NCBI GenBank assembly: GCA_036172245.1
Contig: JAYWIR010000072.1
Location: forward strand, 372,001 to 408,803
DNA from: Raillietiella orientalis
Taxonomy: Eukaryota
Direction: 5' to 3'
DNA: 36,803 bases
The notes beneath the pieces were generated by a model, which was not told the DNA's origin, searched no databases, and saw nothing but the letters and a program-made list of their open reading frames with translations. Positions 11,441-24,800 of the stretch are shown one piece after another; the stretch's first letter is position 1; every line of letters begins with the position of its first letter. The position numbers were made by a program, and so were the translations under genes.

Positions 11441-12691
11441 ATTTCAATCTATGTCTGCTAACAGGTGAGCCAGAAACACAAGAGAACGCGATGAACGAGT
11501 TGTGCGCCGCCATGCGTGCGCGCAACTTGTTCGCGGGTGAGAGGGGAATGGTCCGCAGCTTCGACCACGTCTTCCTCGACGCTGACCTGTGTTCACGGGT
11601 CGGCAAACGGGGGAGGGTTGCGTCGACGTTGTCGGACCATTCCTGGTTAATTTTCGAGTTGCGGCCTCGTGACAAGTGACCGCCATCCAGGGATTTGCGT
11701 CTGCCGGGGGACTGGACGCGACTCTCAGGTGCGAAGGAATACCTTCGCGAATACCTGAGAGGGGTCACGCTCCGTAATCTCCAGGACTGGGACCTTTTTA
11801 AGGAATCGGTCCGCGAGTTCTATGAGCAGTTCTTCCTGGATCGCCTGCCCCTCGGATTCGGCAAGGGTGCTCGCAAGCATCGGGCCTATTTACAGGCTCG
11901 TAGGTACGAAAGAACCCCTTATGTCCGTCGCCTGGCCGAGTACCGCGCCGGGGCCGAACGCCAAGCCTGGCAATCCGGGTCGGCCAGCTTGCTGGACGAC
12001 CAGGGCCGGGAATGTTCTTCCCCGGCGTCGGTACGGCATCTCGTGCGGAGTTTCTATTCCTCCCTTTACGCCAGGGAGCCCCCGGATCGAGACGCCCCTG
12101 GGCGCTTGCTTCCGGATGGCGCCCCGGCAATAGGAAAGGAGGAGATGGAAAGCCTACTCGAGCCTTTTACCACCAGCGAAATTCTCTCCGATATCAAAAG
12201 GCTCAAGAAGCGTAAAGCTCACGGGAAGATGGCTTGCCCGCGGAGTTGTTTCAGAGCTTTGCGGCAGAGCTGGCACTATTGCTGCTTAAGTTGATCAGGC
12301 TGATCCGAGACGCAGGCGATGTTCCCGCCTCGTTTCGTTCAGCCAGAGTGAGGCTCCTTCCGAAATGGGGACATCTCAGGGATTTAAAGAACTGGCGTCC
12401 GATCACGATCGTGAATGCGGACGCCAAGTTGATCGCAGGGCTATGGGCTTCGCGTCTGGGGCAGGTGGCAGAATCCGTAATTAACCCGGAGCAGACTTAT
12501 GCTGTTCGCGGGCGAAGTATGGATGCCATCCTCTTCTTCGCAAGCACATGAGTGCACCTGCAGAGAAAAGAAAAAAAAGGGATAGGGAAAGTCGGCAACC
12601 CCACATTGGGGCCGCCAGCCGGGCTGGGAAGAAACCCCCGGGCGGGGAAGGGAGTCCTAGCGCTCGCAGTCGATCTCCACAAGGCGCTCGA
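11441..12691 (+). pseudogene. Element E, ORF2 middle segment (EN C-terminal half to RT DLHKALD), cut by A2 on the left and B1 on the right
   Basis: FNLCLL...SFDHVFL...SDH, NWRPITIVNAD, PEQTYAV, LAVDLHKALD; stops and a frameshift. Confidence 0.9.
12678..12691 (+). repeat. TSD of B1 (CACAAGGCGYTCGA; partner at 27711-27724)
   Basis: cacaaggcgctcga versus cacaaggcgttcga, 13/14 identical; removing 12692-27724 restores AVDLHKA(L/F)DCVAQKLLL. Confidence 0.9.
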
Positions 12692-12722
12692 TTTTCACCC
12701 GGATTTCGCCGGGGCGTTTATT
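12692..12722 (-). other. 3'-terminal AATAAA plus stem-loop motif of B1
   Basis: Minus strand reads aataaacgccccggcgaaatccgggtgaaaa. Confidence 0.85.
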
Positions 12723-12910
12723 GTCAAAATAAACTTTTACAAAGACGTGCGGTGGCTGGACCGTTGCTCCAGCGAAGCACGAAGAAACACAGAGCCTGCC
12801 GGGTCACCGGTTCGCAGACCGGTACGGTCCACCACAACAGCAGGGGGAAGGGGGAAAAGCAAAAAACAAAACAAAAAAGAAAAGAAAAGTTGGGAGGGTA
12901 AAAGAAGGGA

Positions 12911-15900
12911 TCACAGTTGCTGGTGGGGCCGTTGCATCCTTTGCAGGATGCCGGCAAGCTCCTTCTGTATTCCTCAGTCCAGGTGGGGCCATCGGGACGC
13001 CCTCCTCAGGAACTGGGAGGCTGGCTGGATGGCACCCTGGACGCGTTGTCCTCCAGTAGCCTTGCTCCAAGCGGTGACGATCCCGCGTAGGCAGCACAAA
13101 GCTACTAACGAGGCCGCTGGCCGAAGGGCGTCGGCAACCAAGAGGGCTTTCTGTGCGTCCCTAAGGTTGCCTCAGGGGATTCCGATGACCGCGGCAAAGC
13201 GAAAACAAAGGGGCCGTAGGGCAACAAAATCCACTAGAAGGTGGATGAGGGACTCCCGTTCCCCACACCTGACGCAATTGGGGTCCACCGCATCCCAGGT
13301 CCAGTGGTGTCGGCGGGCGTTGCAGGGGAGTCCCCAGTGCTGCAACAGGAGAGTCGACTCCTGCCATTTTAAGGAAAGAGCGGAAGTGTTCATGAGCACC
13401 GGGGGCCACTTCAGATGTTCTATGGGAACATCGAGCAGCGCGCCCTAGCGCAGAAGTCCATTGGGAGGCGTACTCGGGGTCGCAGCGTCTGTTAACTGGT
13501 CCGTCTTCCACTCTCCTATCTTCTTCTCCTTTCCGGAGATTGTTACTGTAACCACCCACTTCGCCGCAACATCGCTGACCAGATCTTCCATCAGGAAAGG
13601 CAGCGCAGCAGGGAGGGCGGCTCTTCCTGCCCACGCTCTCTTCTTTGGATCCTTCAGGATCTCGCGGAGCGTGCACCTTCTGTAACCCCTAAACAGGAAC
13701 CTTCGTTCCTGTTGGGAGCGTTGCATGCCGAACTGTCCCCACGTTCGAACCATTTCCTGCAATCAGGCACTACCGTTAAACGGGCGACAGGCGAGCAATC
13801 CTGCGTTTTTCCGATACAGCGCAGCCACCCTCCGTAGCTGGAGTCCGCATCGGTTGACGCGGCGACGGAGTGCAAGAAACGACGTCAGTCCCGTCTTGGC
13901 GGTGGATTGCTGGAGAAGGAGACGTGCAGGGACGCACCAACAGGTGCACCACAACTCTGGAACGAGTGCCGACAAGAGGAACTGGAGCTGAAGCTCCAGC
14001 CGCTCCAGCGTCAGGAGGCCCAGACCACCATCCCTACGAGGAGCGCACAAGTCCTTTAAGCGGGCTCGGGCCCTCCCGTTGCCCCAAAGGACGATACGGA
14101 GGAGGTCCTTTGTCCGCTTTTTAATCCTCTCTGTGGGGGGCAAACAAAAAGCAGGGGGCGGAGGGGAGGAGCCGCGAACGTGTTCCAAACCGCGGCCCGT
14201 TCATGCAGGAAGAACCTGCCGTCCTGGAACGGGCCGATCGCCTCCTGAGCCTTCTGAAGGCAGCCGGACCACGCTTCCGCAGGGGAGTAGTCCCTCAACG
14301 GCACACCAAGATACTTGAAGTACCTCACCGTGGGGATCCACAAACGGACCCAGTCCTGCTGCCCTGCCCACGCCGCACCAACTGGCATCACGGACGACTT
14401 CGCCCTGTTCACCGTAAGTCCGCTTCCCCGATGCAGCAGGTCGAAGAACTCCTCGACCGCCGCACCCGGGGTGGACATAGGGAGCAGCAGCAGAAGGTCG
14501 TCCGCGTATGCTGAAACGGCCGGCGTACCGGCTCAGTCGTGCGGCAGGTGCGCCAGAGTTCCCCTGTACGCTCTCAGTACCAACTCAAAGTAGGTACTAA
14601 AGAGCAAGGGGCTCAGGCTGTCTCCCTGCAGGATCCCACGGCGCACCGGCACGCCGTGCACGGTCTGCCTGCTGAAAGTAACATTGATGAGCGCGTCGCG
14701 CCAGCAGGAGCGCAGATAGGCCACTAATGAGGCCGGGAAGCCCAAGCGTTCCAGAAGCTCCAGAAGGAGATTCTGGTCGACGCAATCGAATGCTTTTCGC
14801 AAGTCGATTGCGACCGCAAGGGCTCCCTCCCCCACCCGACCATCCGACCCCTTGCCGGCGCACGCACCTAAATTCCGGCTGCGCACCAAGCTCCTTTCTT
14901 GTTGGAGCTCTAGCCAGGTGGAAGCGTGGAACAGGTTCGCCTCCATGCTTCGCCCGGGAACAGCATATGTCTGTTCCGGGCTGATGAAGATGCTGGCAAC
15001 CCGTCCCAGACGCTCTGCCCAAACCTTTGCTAGCAACTTGGCGTCCGCATTCACTATTGTGATGGGACGCCAGTTGTTCATGCTCCTCAGATCTCCTCCC
15101 TTAGGGAGGAGCCGCACCTTTGCCGGACGAAACAAGGCGGGAACGTCACCTGTTTCGCGTATCAGCAAGGTAAGTTGCTGTACCAGGGGAGTAAGCTCAG
15201 TCGCGAAAGTTTGATAAAACTCCGCGGGCAGGCCGTCCTCCCCTGAAGCCTTTCGCCTCTAGAGCTTTCCGATGGCCGAGAGGATCTCGTCCATCGTGCT
15301 AGGCTCGTCGAGGGTCTTTCTCTTCTCCTCCCCGATCGCTGGAGCGCCTTCCGGAAGCAGGAGTCGTGAGACGTTCCTCTCCGAAGGTGCCCTGGCATAC
15401 AGGGAGGAGTGTTTACTCCGCAGCAGGCTGCGGATTTGGGCAGGTGCCGAGTGCTCCTGGCCCTGATCGTCCAGTAAGCTGGCCGATCCGGACTGCCAGG
15501 CTTGGCTCTCGGCTCCCGCTTTGTATTACGCCAGCCTGCGGATATCGGGGGTCCTAGCGTAACGACGGGCCTGCAGGTAGGCTCGTTCGTTACGGACCCT
15601 AATCCCAAAACCCGTGGGTAGGAGGTGCAGAGGGAACTGGTCGCAGAACTCCTGGACCGACCGCTTGAAGCGGTCCCAATCCTGGAGTGTCCGCAGACTG
15701 AAGCTCCGTATCAACGTGCGGAGATGTTCCGCCGCGTCCGGGAGCTTCAGCCAGTCCCCTGGGAGACGCCACGCTGACGATGGGGGGCCCCTGTCGCGCC
15801 GATGGATCTCGAGGACTAGCGGGCGATGGTCGGACAGCTCGCACGGTAACCTGCCGCGACTGCCCACAAGAGGGCACAGGTGCTCGTCAAGAAACACGTG

Positions 15901-16338
15901 GTCAATGCTGTCTTCCATCCCCGGTGCACTGGCCAACAGATTACAGGTGTGCACCGCCATGCACACCTCGTTGACCAGGCCAAGCTCGGGATTCTGCTCA
16001 TCTGGTTTCAGGCAAACGTTGAAATCGCCTGCAACTAGATGGGCATTCCGCACGCCTGCTTCGTTCAGCCAGTCTCGCCGGAGGGCAAGGAAAAACTCTT
16101 TTTTCGCCCTCCTGTTCATCAGGTCTTTCCGCTCGGTGCTTACACGTTCGTGACGATCAGATCGATCGAGTCGGACCACCTGTGAGTCAGCTGGCCGACA
16201 CGACCGTGATCGTAGAACCGCACGCCCCGAGCCGCGGCCTCGATGGCTGGCCGAAGCAGGAAGGCGACACCGCAACTTTTCGCTCTCCCACACCTGTACC
16301 ATAGCCGCCCTCCGGAGATCCGTTCGATCTCTTGCGCT
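12911..16338 (-). pseudogene. B1 ORF2, major 3' portion (EN remainder, RT, CCHC finger), with frameshifts and stops
   Basis: GDFN, SIDHVFL, SDH, NWRPITIVNAD, DLRKAFD, GILQGDSLSP, CVRCGERESLIHLLVD; near-identical to the reverse complement of B2 ORF2. Confidence 0.93.
16327..16338 (+). repeat. TSD of C (ATCTCTTGCGCT; partner at 25777-25788)
   Basis: Identical 12-mer at both ends of C; occurs once at the uninterrupted homologous site in B2 (30353-30364, opposite strand). Confidence 0.92.
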
Positions 16339-16455
16339 CGTACAGTGCAGACGTGTTTCCGCGTCTATCCACGCCAACGATCGGGCAACTTTGTGCCTGC
16401 GTTTTTGCTCGCACTTGTGTGTTCCTGTGCAATCTACCAAGTAGCATAGTGTAAC

Positions 16456-17701
16456 ATGGGCAGTACACAGGATAGTGTGGAGGAGCAAGCCACTGGATGC
16501 ACTTCAGCTGCACTTGAAGGGGCTGCATCCTCCGTAATGGTTTCCTCGCCCCCGGTGCGGAGTTACGCCGCGGTTACCTCCCAAAGACCAGGACCCTGCG
16601 ACGCGGAGTTCCAGGCATATGTGTCATCAGGATACATGCCTGCACTCCGTTATAAGGTCAGTGGGCCACTTAACGGGAGAATCGGTCGTGAGCTCAAAGA
16701 TGAGCTCGTCCGGATAGGGGTTCTCGAGGAGGAACTCCTTGCCATAATGCCAGCTGGCAGGATGAAATATACAAAGATTCGGTGCAAGAACGCAGCACTT
16801 GTGAAGCGCCTTCTCCGTACGCCGTTGACCATCAATGGCAAGGAAGTCCTACCTACCGCGATGGACGACTCTTTTGTCGTTCAATTGTGCGACATCGAAC
16901 CGGAAATCTCCGACCGCGATGTCGTAAGTGTGCTGACGAAGTTCGCCACCGTGCACGCTCTGTGAAGGAGGCCAAATCCTCTTAAGGATTTCCCCTCTGT
17001 CCACATTGGACAAGCCTCCGCGCGGATCACCGTCGCGAACAGGCGTGTTGTGCCTGAGCAGATGCAGGTAAACGGCACGGTCGTTCACCTGTGGTTCATA
17101 GGCCAGACTCGCGCGTGCGAGAAGTGCGGCAAGGAGGGGCACCGAATTAATGAGTGCCCTTCTCCAAGATGCCGCTATTGCAAAGATTCCCGGTACGAAA
17201 TCAAAAAGTGCCCGGTACTTGCAAGAAAAAGAGCCGCAGCGGCAATTCGTCGGGTTCAAGAGACCACTGCACGAAAAGCCGCAGCGGAAAATAAAAAACG
17301 TCGTCCGCAAAAACTCGCAAAAAACCACGAGCGATCCGCGGATGAAAAGAAAGCATCCCCGCCCGCAACGCCTCGAAAGGGGAAAGTCACGGCGGGGAAG
17401 CCAATTAAAAAGGGGCCCGAGGGTTTGACGCGTGCCGTGCCTTCCCTCTCTGCCGAACTTGCAGGCACCTCTCCGAGCCAGGAACCAGGGAATCTCCGTA
17501 ACACCCTGGAGGGAAAGGTAGGAAAACAGGAAGACCGCAACAGTGCGAAGACTTCTTGCCCCGTTCCGTTGTCCCTTCCGAGTTCCGGACAGCCTCACTG
17601 CAGCGCAGGCTTCACTGCAAAGGCTACGAAAGCCGTAAAAAGCAGCGTCGCGACGAGCAAAAGCACGCTGCATGCAGTCGCTCCATCGCCGACTCGGCAG
17701 G
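16456..17701 (+). pseudogene. C ORF1, N-terminal part (zinc knuckles)
   Basis: Clear homology to A ORF1 (PALRYKVSG, AMDDSFVV, TVVHLWF); CEKCGKEGHRINEC; TGA at 16963-16965 in place of Trp. Confidence 0.9.
17685..17701 (+). repeat. Imperfect TSD of D (partner at 21176-21191)
   Basis: atcgccgactcggcagg versus atcgccgttcggcagg; C ORF1 rejoins in frame (..SPTRQ|ERSNLPTVKKVTPLPLF..). Confidence 0.8.
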
Positions 17702-20700
17702 TTTCCCCAAGTCCCACAAGGGGTGGGGTAAGTTTATTTTTCTATAAAAATACAAAATTTACATTCGCAATCTCATTCACTCAATACAAACATTTTGCAC
17801 TTGGGGGTCCTTGGGTTGCACTAGAGTTCTGCTTTTCAGGGGGGAATTCCAGCTGGATGGTCCCGGGCGTCGTCCTGGATTCTCTTCAGGATGAATCGGT
17901 ACGTCCAGGCGTGGATCTTCCCGCAGTTCCTGATGCCGATTTCCCTCTTCAAGAGCCCTTGTAGGATCTCCATCCGTGGTGCGGCTCTCCTGGCTTTCCT
18001 CATTTTGCACCACCGCACAAGTATGGCGGTGATCAAGAGGGCTATGGTCGTCCTCACCATGGGATTCTAACAGGGAACATTACCATCCCCATGAAACATG
18101 CCGGCGAGGATCTCCATAACGAACTTGTTGGTAAGTCCTATGATCCTTTTCAGGATCAGCCAGTCATGCAGCAGTGTGGGACACGTCAAGACGTGAAGTC
18201 TCGTGTCGTCGTCGCCACATACTGGGCAGTCTCGGTCTTCCCGTCTTCCTGTGAAGTGCTGCAATCGGGACCCACTCTGGATTCCTCCGTAATAAAACAT
18301 CAGGAGGTTATCCTGGGTGCCCGGCGGGAGGTCACTCCTCCAGAGCGTCGTGCCGATCGCTAACAGGCTGAACCGTTCACTCTCGTAGCGTTCGGTGGCT
18401 TCCTGGAGGGCACTGGTGTCACGGTCGTTTTCTTGGATAAGCCTTCAAAGGTTTGTTCTGGATACCCTCGACCATGCGAAGTCGTTGTGGTTTAACCACA
18501 CTTCGCGGGTCCTGTGGGTAAACCTTCCTAACATCATCTCTGTATACCGAAGTATACGTGTTTGATGTAGGTAGCCTCCTCGCCTCCACTCCTGGATTTG
18601 CAGTAGGGTAACTCTGGACCGCTGCTAGATCCAGCATCTCGTGTCCGGCGGGACAGGAAGCAACCAAGGGATCAGCAGGATGGACTCGTCTTGCCAGAGT
18701 TCCCTGCTTCGCGGCACGATCTTGATTTGGTGCTTCCGCACCAGCCGTTGCTTCCTCCTTCAGGTGGGGTCGATCGTTATCCATTCCCCTACTTTGCCTA
18801 GCAGCGCAGTCATCAGGCCTTTCGAGTTGTTAAGCAACAACGCGTAGGCCCTGTGCGCCGCATACGGCCAGTCATCCCAGTAAGTTGCAATGTCCAGGAT
18901 GTGTCGCGTATCCATGATTTCCATGGAATGTGCAAGCGACTTCATCCCGGAACCGCCTTCTTACCTGGGACGACACAGGGGTTTCAGTCTTACTCTTGGG
19001 CGATAGTGGCCCCAGAGTGTTTTTCTTACCAGCTTGTCGAACTCCCTAGTAGTGTCCTTGTCCATCCTCGCGAAGGCCGCTCCGAAGAGCACTTTCGGAA
19101 GGAGTACTCCGTTCCATATGTTGCCTTTCGCTTCATCCCAAGGTCCGTTCGGGTGTACTTGGCTGCTTCCGTGGCCGTTTTCCCCAGGATTTCCTTCCAC
19201 AGCAGCTTCGACGCAGCGCCGTCGGCGATGTAGACTCCCAGGTACTTGGCCGTGTCCACCGTACGGAATCCACTACCCGTTAGAGTGGAGAGATCCAGTA
19301 TTCCGACGGGCAAAAGCTGGCTCTTCTGGGAATTGATTTTTAAGCCCAAGCCATGTTCCATCAGGTCCAGCACATCCAGAAACGCACGCTGATTTTTCTC
19401 TCCCTTGATGAAGAAGAGTAGATCATCGGCGTATGCCAGATGGGTAAGACGCTGGCTATCGATGGTAATCCCGCTTGGTCGTCCGCTATTCTCGATAAAG
19501 GACGACAACGCCTCCATATAGATTACGAACAGCATCGGACTTAGCGAGTCGCCCTGTCGGACTCCTCGTTCCATCCTGATTGCTGCCATCTCCTGGCCGT
19601 TGATCTTGAGCTGGCAGTACTGGTTCTGGAGTACCGCCCTCACGAAGTTGCTGAAGTGTTCCGAAAGCCCTAGCTTCTCCAGAAATTTAAGCAGCATCCC
19701 GTGGTCGATGGAGTAGAAGGCCTACTCCATGTCAGTGAACACCAGCACCAGGTTCTCGCCGACGTATCGACTGAGTCCAACAGTGGCCTGGGCACACTTG
19801 ACATTGTCCGGCATGTGTCGTCCTGGGACTGCACATGTCTGGACCGGAGAGATCAGCCTCGACATGACCTTGCCTAAGCGGTTGGACCAGATCTTTGCCA
19901 ACCACTTGGCAACGGAGTTTAGGATCGAGATTGGCCTCCATTGGGCGATCTGGGTAGAGTCGCCTCCTTTCGGCAGCAATCTCATCCGACTCTCGTAGAA
20001 GGACTGAGGTAGTCTGCCTTCTTCCCGGATGCAGAGGGTCAACTGGTGGAACAAGGGCAGGTAGGCGTGCACGTACCGCTGATAGTGCGTGATGGGTACA
20101 CTGTCAGGGCCCGCTGCCACGTCCTTGCGAAGTTGCCCAAACGCAGTCTTCACCTCTTCTTCGGAGAACTCCTCCTCCAGTCTGTTCCGCTGGAGGTCGT
20201 CGGTCCTCTTCTCGAGATAGCCCAAGAAGGCCTGTTGACTAGAGCGACACAGCTGTTGTCGCCTGAAGTGTTTCGTGTACTGCCTGTGAAAGGCATCCAC
20301 AATGTCCTCACACGAATGTCGCTTTTGGCCGTCGTACTGGATGCAGAAGATATCGGTTGCCAGATTTCTCTTCTCCAGCACGCCGACTTCCCCTTTTATG
20401 TTATTGAGGACGTACCGACTCTCGTACTGATCGAAGTACTTTGAGAGGGAGCGATCTTGGATGTTCAGCTCCCGGTACGCCTCTTGTTTCAAGCGCCTAT
20501 CCCCGAACTGCATGTTCGCAAACCGGTGTATCCTGTGTCTCAGGCTGTCCCAGTCGGCGACTCTTCGGATTGTTGTTGCCCTGAGAATCGCCTCCAGGAC
20601 AGCCTGATGTCCGGGATGGGTTTCGAACCAGGCGGGCATGCTGATGAGCGCCGCCCTGGTGCCTTGCCTCCGCCGAGGATTCTCCGTTCTTAGGGAAAAC

Positions 20701-21175
20701 CGCACCAGGGGGTGATCGGACACCGTGGTCATAATGTCTCGAAAACCCTGGATGCGGTTCCCAAGTTCGGTGCTGTGCAGGACGTGATCGATCGGCTTGT
20801 GACTTGCAGTTCGCCACACCAGTCCGAACTCGTCGGATAACCGCCGATACGCCGTCCTTCCTCTGGCGTCTTCGGAGTGAGTGATCTCATCCAATATGTT
20901 GAGATCGCCAGCAACAATCACGACGTCCTTGGAAGCAACCTTTTCACGGAGTGCTGCATGCAGCGCCTCCGCACAACGATGTTTTAGCCTGTGCGGCCCG
21001 TACACGTTCACCAGGATGAGGTGAACAGTAGCGGACCAGGCCAGTCGCACGCCGATGATTCGTCCGGGTTGGGGACAGAACACTTTTAGAATAGTGGGGG
21101 CCAAGTTGTTCTTGATTAGGTCCGCCACTCCCTGCGTGTTCCGTTCTCCCTCGCTGACGAAAATCTGCCCGTTGA
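17702..21175 (-). mobile_element. Non-LTR retrotransposon copy D, divergent family, 5'-truncated within the endonuclease
   Basis: Starts in EN (..TQGVADLI..); no ORF1; ends AATAAAC-hairpin-AAA; flanked by an imperfect TSD. Confidence 0.9.
17836..21175 (-). pseudogene. D ORF2 (partial EN, RT, CCHC finger), several stops and frameshifts
   Basis: NVYGP, GDLN, PIDHV, SDH, QWRPISILN, GVRQGDSLSP, YADD, YLG, CPVCGDDDTRLHVLTC. Confidence 0.9.
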
Positions 21176-21190
21176 ATCGCCGTTCGGCAG

Positions 21191-21850
21191 GAGAGGAGCA
21201 ATCTCCCGACTGTCAAGAAGGTGACTCCGTTGCCGCTTTTTAAAGGCGTAGCGAAAACAACGCCCCCAGAGAACGCAGCGAAAATCCCGGAGGTTTCCGC
21301 AACTACTGTCGCGGAAGCCTTCAAAAATCGCGAAGGCGAATGGAAGGTTGTGGAGAGGAAGAAAGAAAAATCTGCAAAAAAAGCTCCGCAACCTCCATCC
21401 CTGAGCTCTTCCAAAGGAAAAAGCAGTCGCGGGAATACGAAAACACGCGCGGCTTGTGACTCTTCCAAGGAAAAAGCCAGCGCCTTCAACGCGTGCAAGT
21501 CCGCTTTTGTGACCGCCGAGAAGACCATTCCGGTGCAATCGGACGGATGCAAGCGCACGTCGATCGTGCGAGCATCAGACTACGCAAAGGAGTCCGATAA
21601 CGCAGCTGAACGACGCGTTACTCGTGCGGGAGCGAGCGCCCGCAGGGCTGAAGCCCTGAGGCGTGACACACTCGCCGCGGAACGGCGAGTGCTCACCCCG
21701 GAACCCACAGGTTCTGCACCCGGAGAGGAGCACCCGATTACGTGCAGCACAGTTGAGGCCGGTGGCGACCGCGCCCTCCAGCCCGTCGTGCTTCTTACTG
21801 CCCGCTCGCCATGTGAGGCGAGCACCACGGCCTCGCTTTCCCAGCCGTGA
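21191..21850 (+). pseudogene. C ORF1, C-terminal part
   Basis: Ends CSTVEAGGDRALQPVVLL..SQP-TGA, homologous to the A ORF1 end; TGA overlaps the ORF2 ATG. Confidence 0.88.
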
Positions 21851-24800
21851 TGAGGGCAATCGCGTCTTCTCGTCGTGTTGCCGTAACGTCTTGGAACGTC
21901 AACGGGCTCCAACACGAGGAGAAGAGGCGACTAGTGGCTGACCCTCTGCGCGCCTTCGACTTGACGCTCCTGCAGGAGATTCACAGCATCTCCGGAGAGC
22001 AGGCTGCCGAAATCGAACGGCGCGCGGGAGGAACGCTACTTTATAGGTGCGGCGTTGCACGTACGTGCGGCGTCGCTTTCCTCGTGCGAGGAACTTTGGC
22101 GGGAGCGGTGCGCAGCGTTCGTTTCGACACGGAAGGCCGAGTGGGACAGCTTGTACTCAAGTGGTCCGACTCGATCGACCTTGTCGTAACCAACGTGTAC
22201 GCGCCGAGCGGTGCTGGACGATGGGCCGAAAGGATTGAGTTCTTCGGTACCCTTCAAAGCCAGTGGCTCACTCGATCTCACCCTACTGTTGCCCATCTCA
22301 TTGCGGGGGACTTTAACGTCCACCTGCTTTCCGAGAATAGATCCCACAAAAGGGAAAAGTTGCTAGCGGAATAGATGTGCGTGTCCTTGCACGCGTGCAA
22401 CTTGTTCGCTAGCGACCCTGTTATGGCAGCAACGCCGGACCACGTATACCTTGATGAACACTTGCTCTGTCGAGTAAGTCGGAGAGGTCCCGTGCCGTCC
22501 GTGCTTTCAGACCACAACAGGCTCGAGTTCGATTTGCTTTCGCCAGGCAAGGGGCCTCCAAACTGTTTTTGGAGGATGCCGGCAGACTGTCTAAGCCACC
22601 CGGAGACGGCTGAGCATCTTCGCCAGTACCTCTTTGGCTTTGCCATAAGTGAGCTCGAGGACTGGGACGATCTGAAAAGATCGGTCCGCGAGTTCTGCTG
22701 CCGGTTTCCCTTGCACCAGCTTCCGCGCGGCTTCGGAGAGGGCGTATCCAACAGCAGAGATTTTCTGCAGGCCCGCTCCTTTTCCATGCGCGCGGACGTT
22801 GGTCGATTATCCGAGTACAAGGCCAACGCCTAGCGCTAGGTCTGGCAGTCTAGAGAGACAGTTCTGCTCGACGACAAGGACCGGGAATGCGCGGCTCCAG
22901 CCGACGTGCGACGGATAGTCAGGCGCTATTACTCTTCTCTGTATGCAGAGGCACCGACGGAACGCAGCCTCTCCCGGCTCCTTCTGCCGATTGATGCACC
23001 TCTTGTAGACGAGGAAGAACGCGTGCGTCTTGATGAGCCCTTCACGGCCGAGGAAATTTCCTCGGCCATCTCGGGGCTCAAGAGACGAAAAGCGGCAGGC
23101 GAAGATGGGCTCCCCGCGGAATTCTTTCTTTGTTTTGCGGCGGAGCTCATCTCCCTGGTGCTCCAACTCTCGTCGCTGATGCGAGACTCGGGCGATGTCC
23201 ACGCCTCGTTTCGCTCAGCGAAGGTGCGTCTACTGCCGAAAGGCGGAGATTTGCGCCAACTGAACAACTGGCGTCCGATCACATTAGTGAATTCGAACGT
23301 CAAGTTGTTCTCGAAACTTTGGGTGGCGCGGATGGGTAGGATCGCGGAATCCTTGGTAAGTCCGGAGCAGACGTACGCTGTTCCTGGGCGGTCCATGGAC
23401 GCGAATCTCTTGTTCATCCGCACATGGCTGCAATCGCAGCATCGTGTTGAGGTGGATCGTCGTGCGGAAGCGACGCCTTCGGTCTCTCACCGACGGAGGC
23501 GCGGGACGCAAAGGGAGACTTCGGGAGCCTAGGCGGTTGCAGTCGATCTGCACAAAGCTTTCGAATGCGTGAACCAAAAGCTTCTTCTTGAGCTTTTGGA
23601 ACGTCTGGGTCTTCAGGCATCCCTGTTGGCGTACTTGCGCTCCTGCTGGCGCCACGCGATTACATCCATTGTTTTCAGTTGCTGTCGCGTGTACTGCGTG
23701 CCGGTACGACGAGAAATTAGGCAGGGTGACAGCTTAAGCCCGCTGCTCTTTAGCATCTATTTTGAATTGGTGCTGGAGGCTTACAGGCTGACGCTAGCCA
23801 GACTGCCGAGCTCCTGTCCAGGTACGCCAGCCGTGGCAGCCTATGCCGACGACCTGCTTCTTCTGTTGCTCATGTCCACCCCGGCGACATCGCTTGAAGA
23901 CTTCTTTGAGTTGATTCGTCGCGGTGCGGGCGTGAGCGTTAACAGAAGTAAGTGTATGGTTGTTCCGGTGGGTGCGACGTCGGAGGGGCAGTCCGACTGG
24001 ATCGACCTAGGGATCCGCTCGGGGAGGTACCTCAGGTACCTTGGCGTGCCGTTGGGCGAATTCTGCATCTCAGAAGCGTGGTCGGACTGCCTTCGGAAGG
24101 CAGAGCGTGCACTTGGCCCGTTTTCAGGAGGCGAGGTCGTCTTTCCGGAACGGGCCTGCATCTGGAACACCTTTGTTGCCCCTCTCCTCCGCCCCCTGTT
24201 TTTTGTTTGTCCACCCCCCCAGGAAGTCAAAGTCTGAGCGCAACGCCTTCTACGCAAAGCGTTGTGGGGCGCTGCAAGATCCCGTGTTAGACTTAAAGAC
24301 TTGGTGGCGCCGCGTCAGCATGCAGGCTTGGGCATCCTCGAATTAAACAGCATCGAACTGCAGCTACAGTTTCGCATGCTGCGGCTCTGTGCCAAGCTGT
24401 GGTGTACGCCGTGGTGCTTACCCGCACGCATTATACTGAGGCGCTCCACGGAAAGCGAGGCACTGCTTTCGTTGCTACCCCACTTTCGGCACACCAGAAT
24501 AGGGTTTGGCTTCCCGCTGAGGCAGCTGTCCTCACTGCTGGAAGCCCAAAGCTGGATCTCCTGCCGCCCCATGAACATTAATGCATGGCGGCAGGAATCT
24601 TTTTTATCGTGGGCAGCTTCTGAAGGAACGCGAACGGAAGATCTTCGACGCCTGCGACTTCTCCTCAGTCATGAAATGGACGAAGTCATGCAGGACAAGA
24701 AGTTGTCGGATCGTCTGACCGCCACACCACTCGCCGTAGCGCTGTCTGCCCTCAGGGCAAGCAACGACGGTTGCCTACCGGCGGAATGGGAGTTCTCCTG

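Noticed and set aside
12552..13448. 298-aa plus-strand ORF, and similar ORFs 15526..16488, 17050..17964, 33586..34215 and 34225..34908 read as single genes
   Set aside because: They are chimeric read-throughs across insertion junctions, not genes
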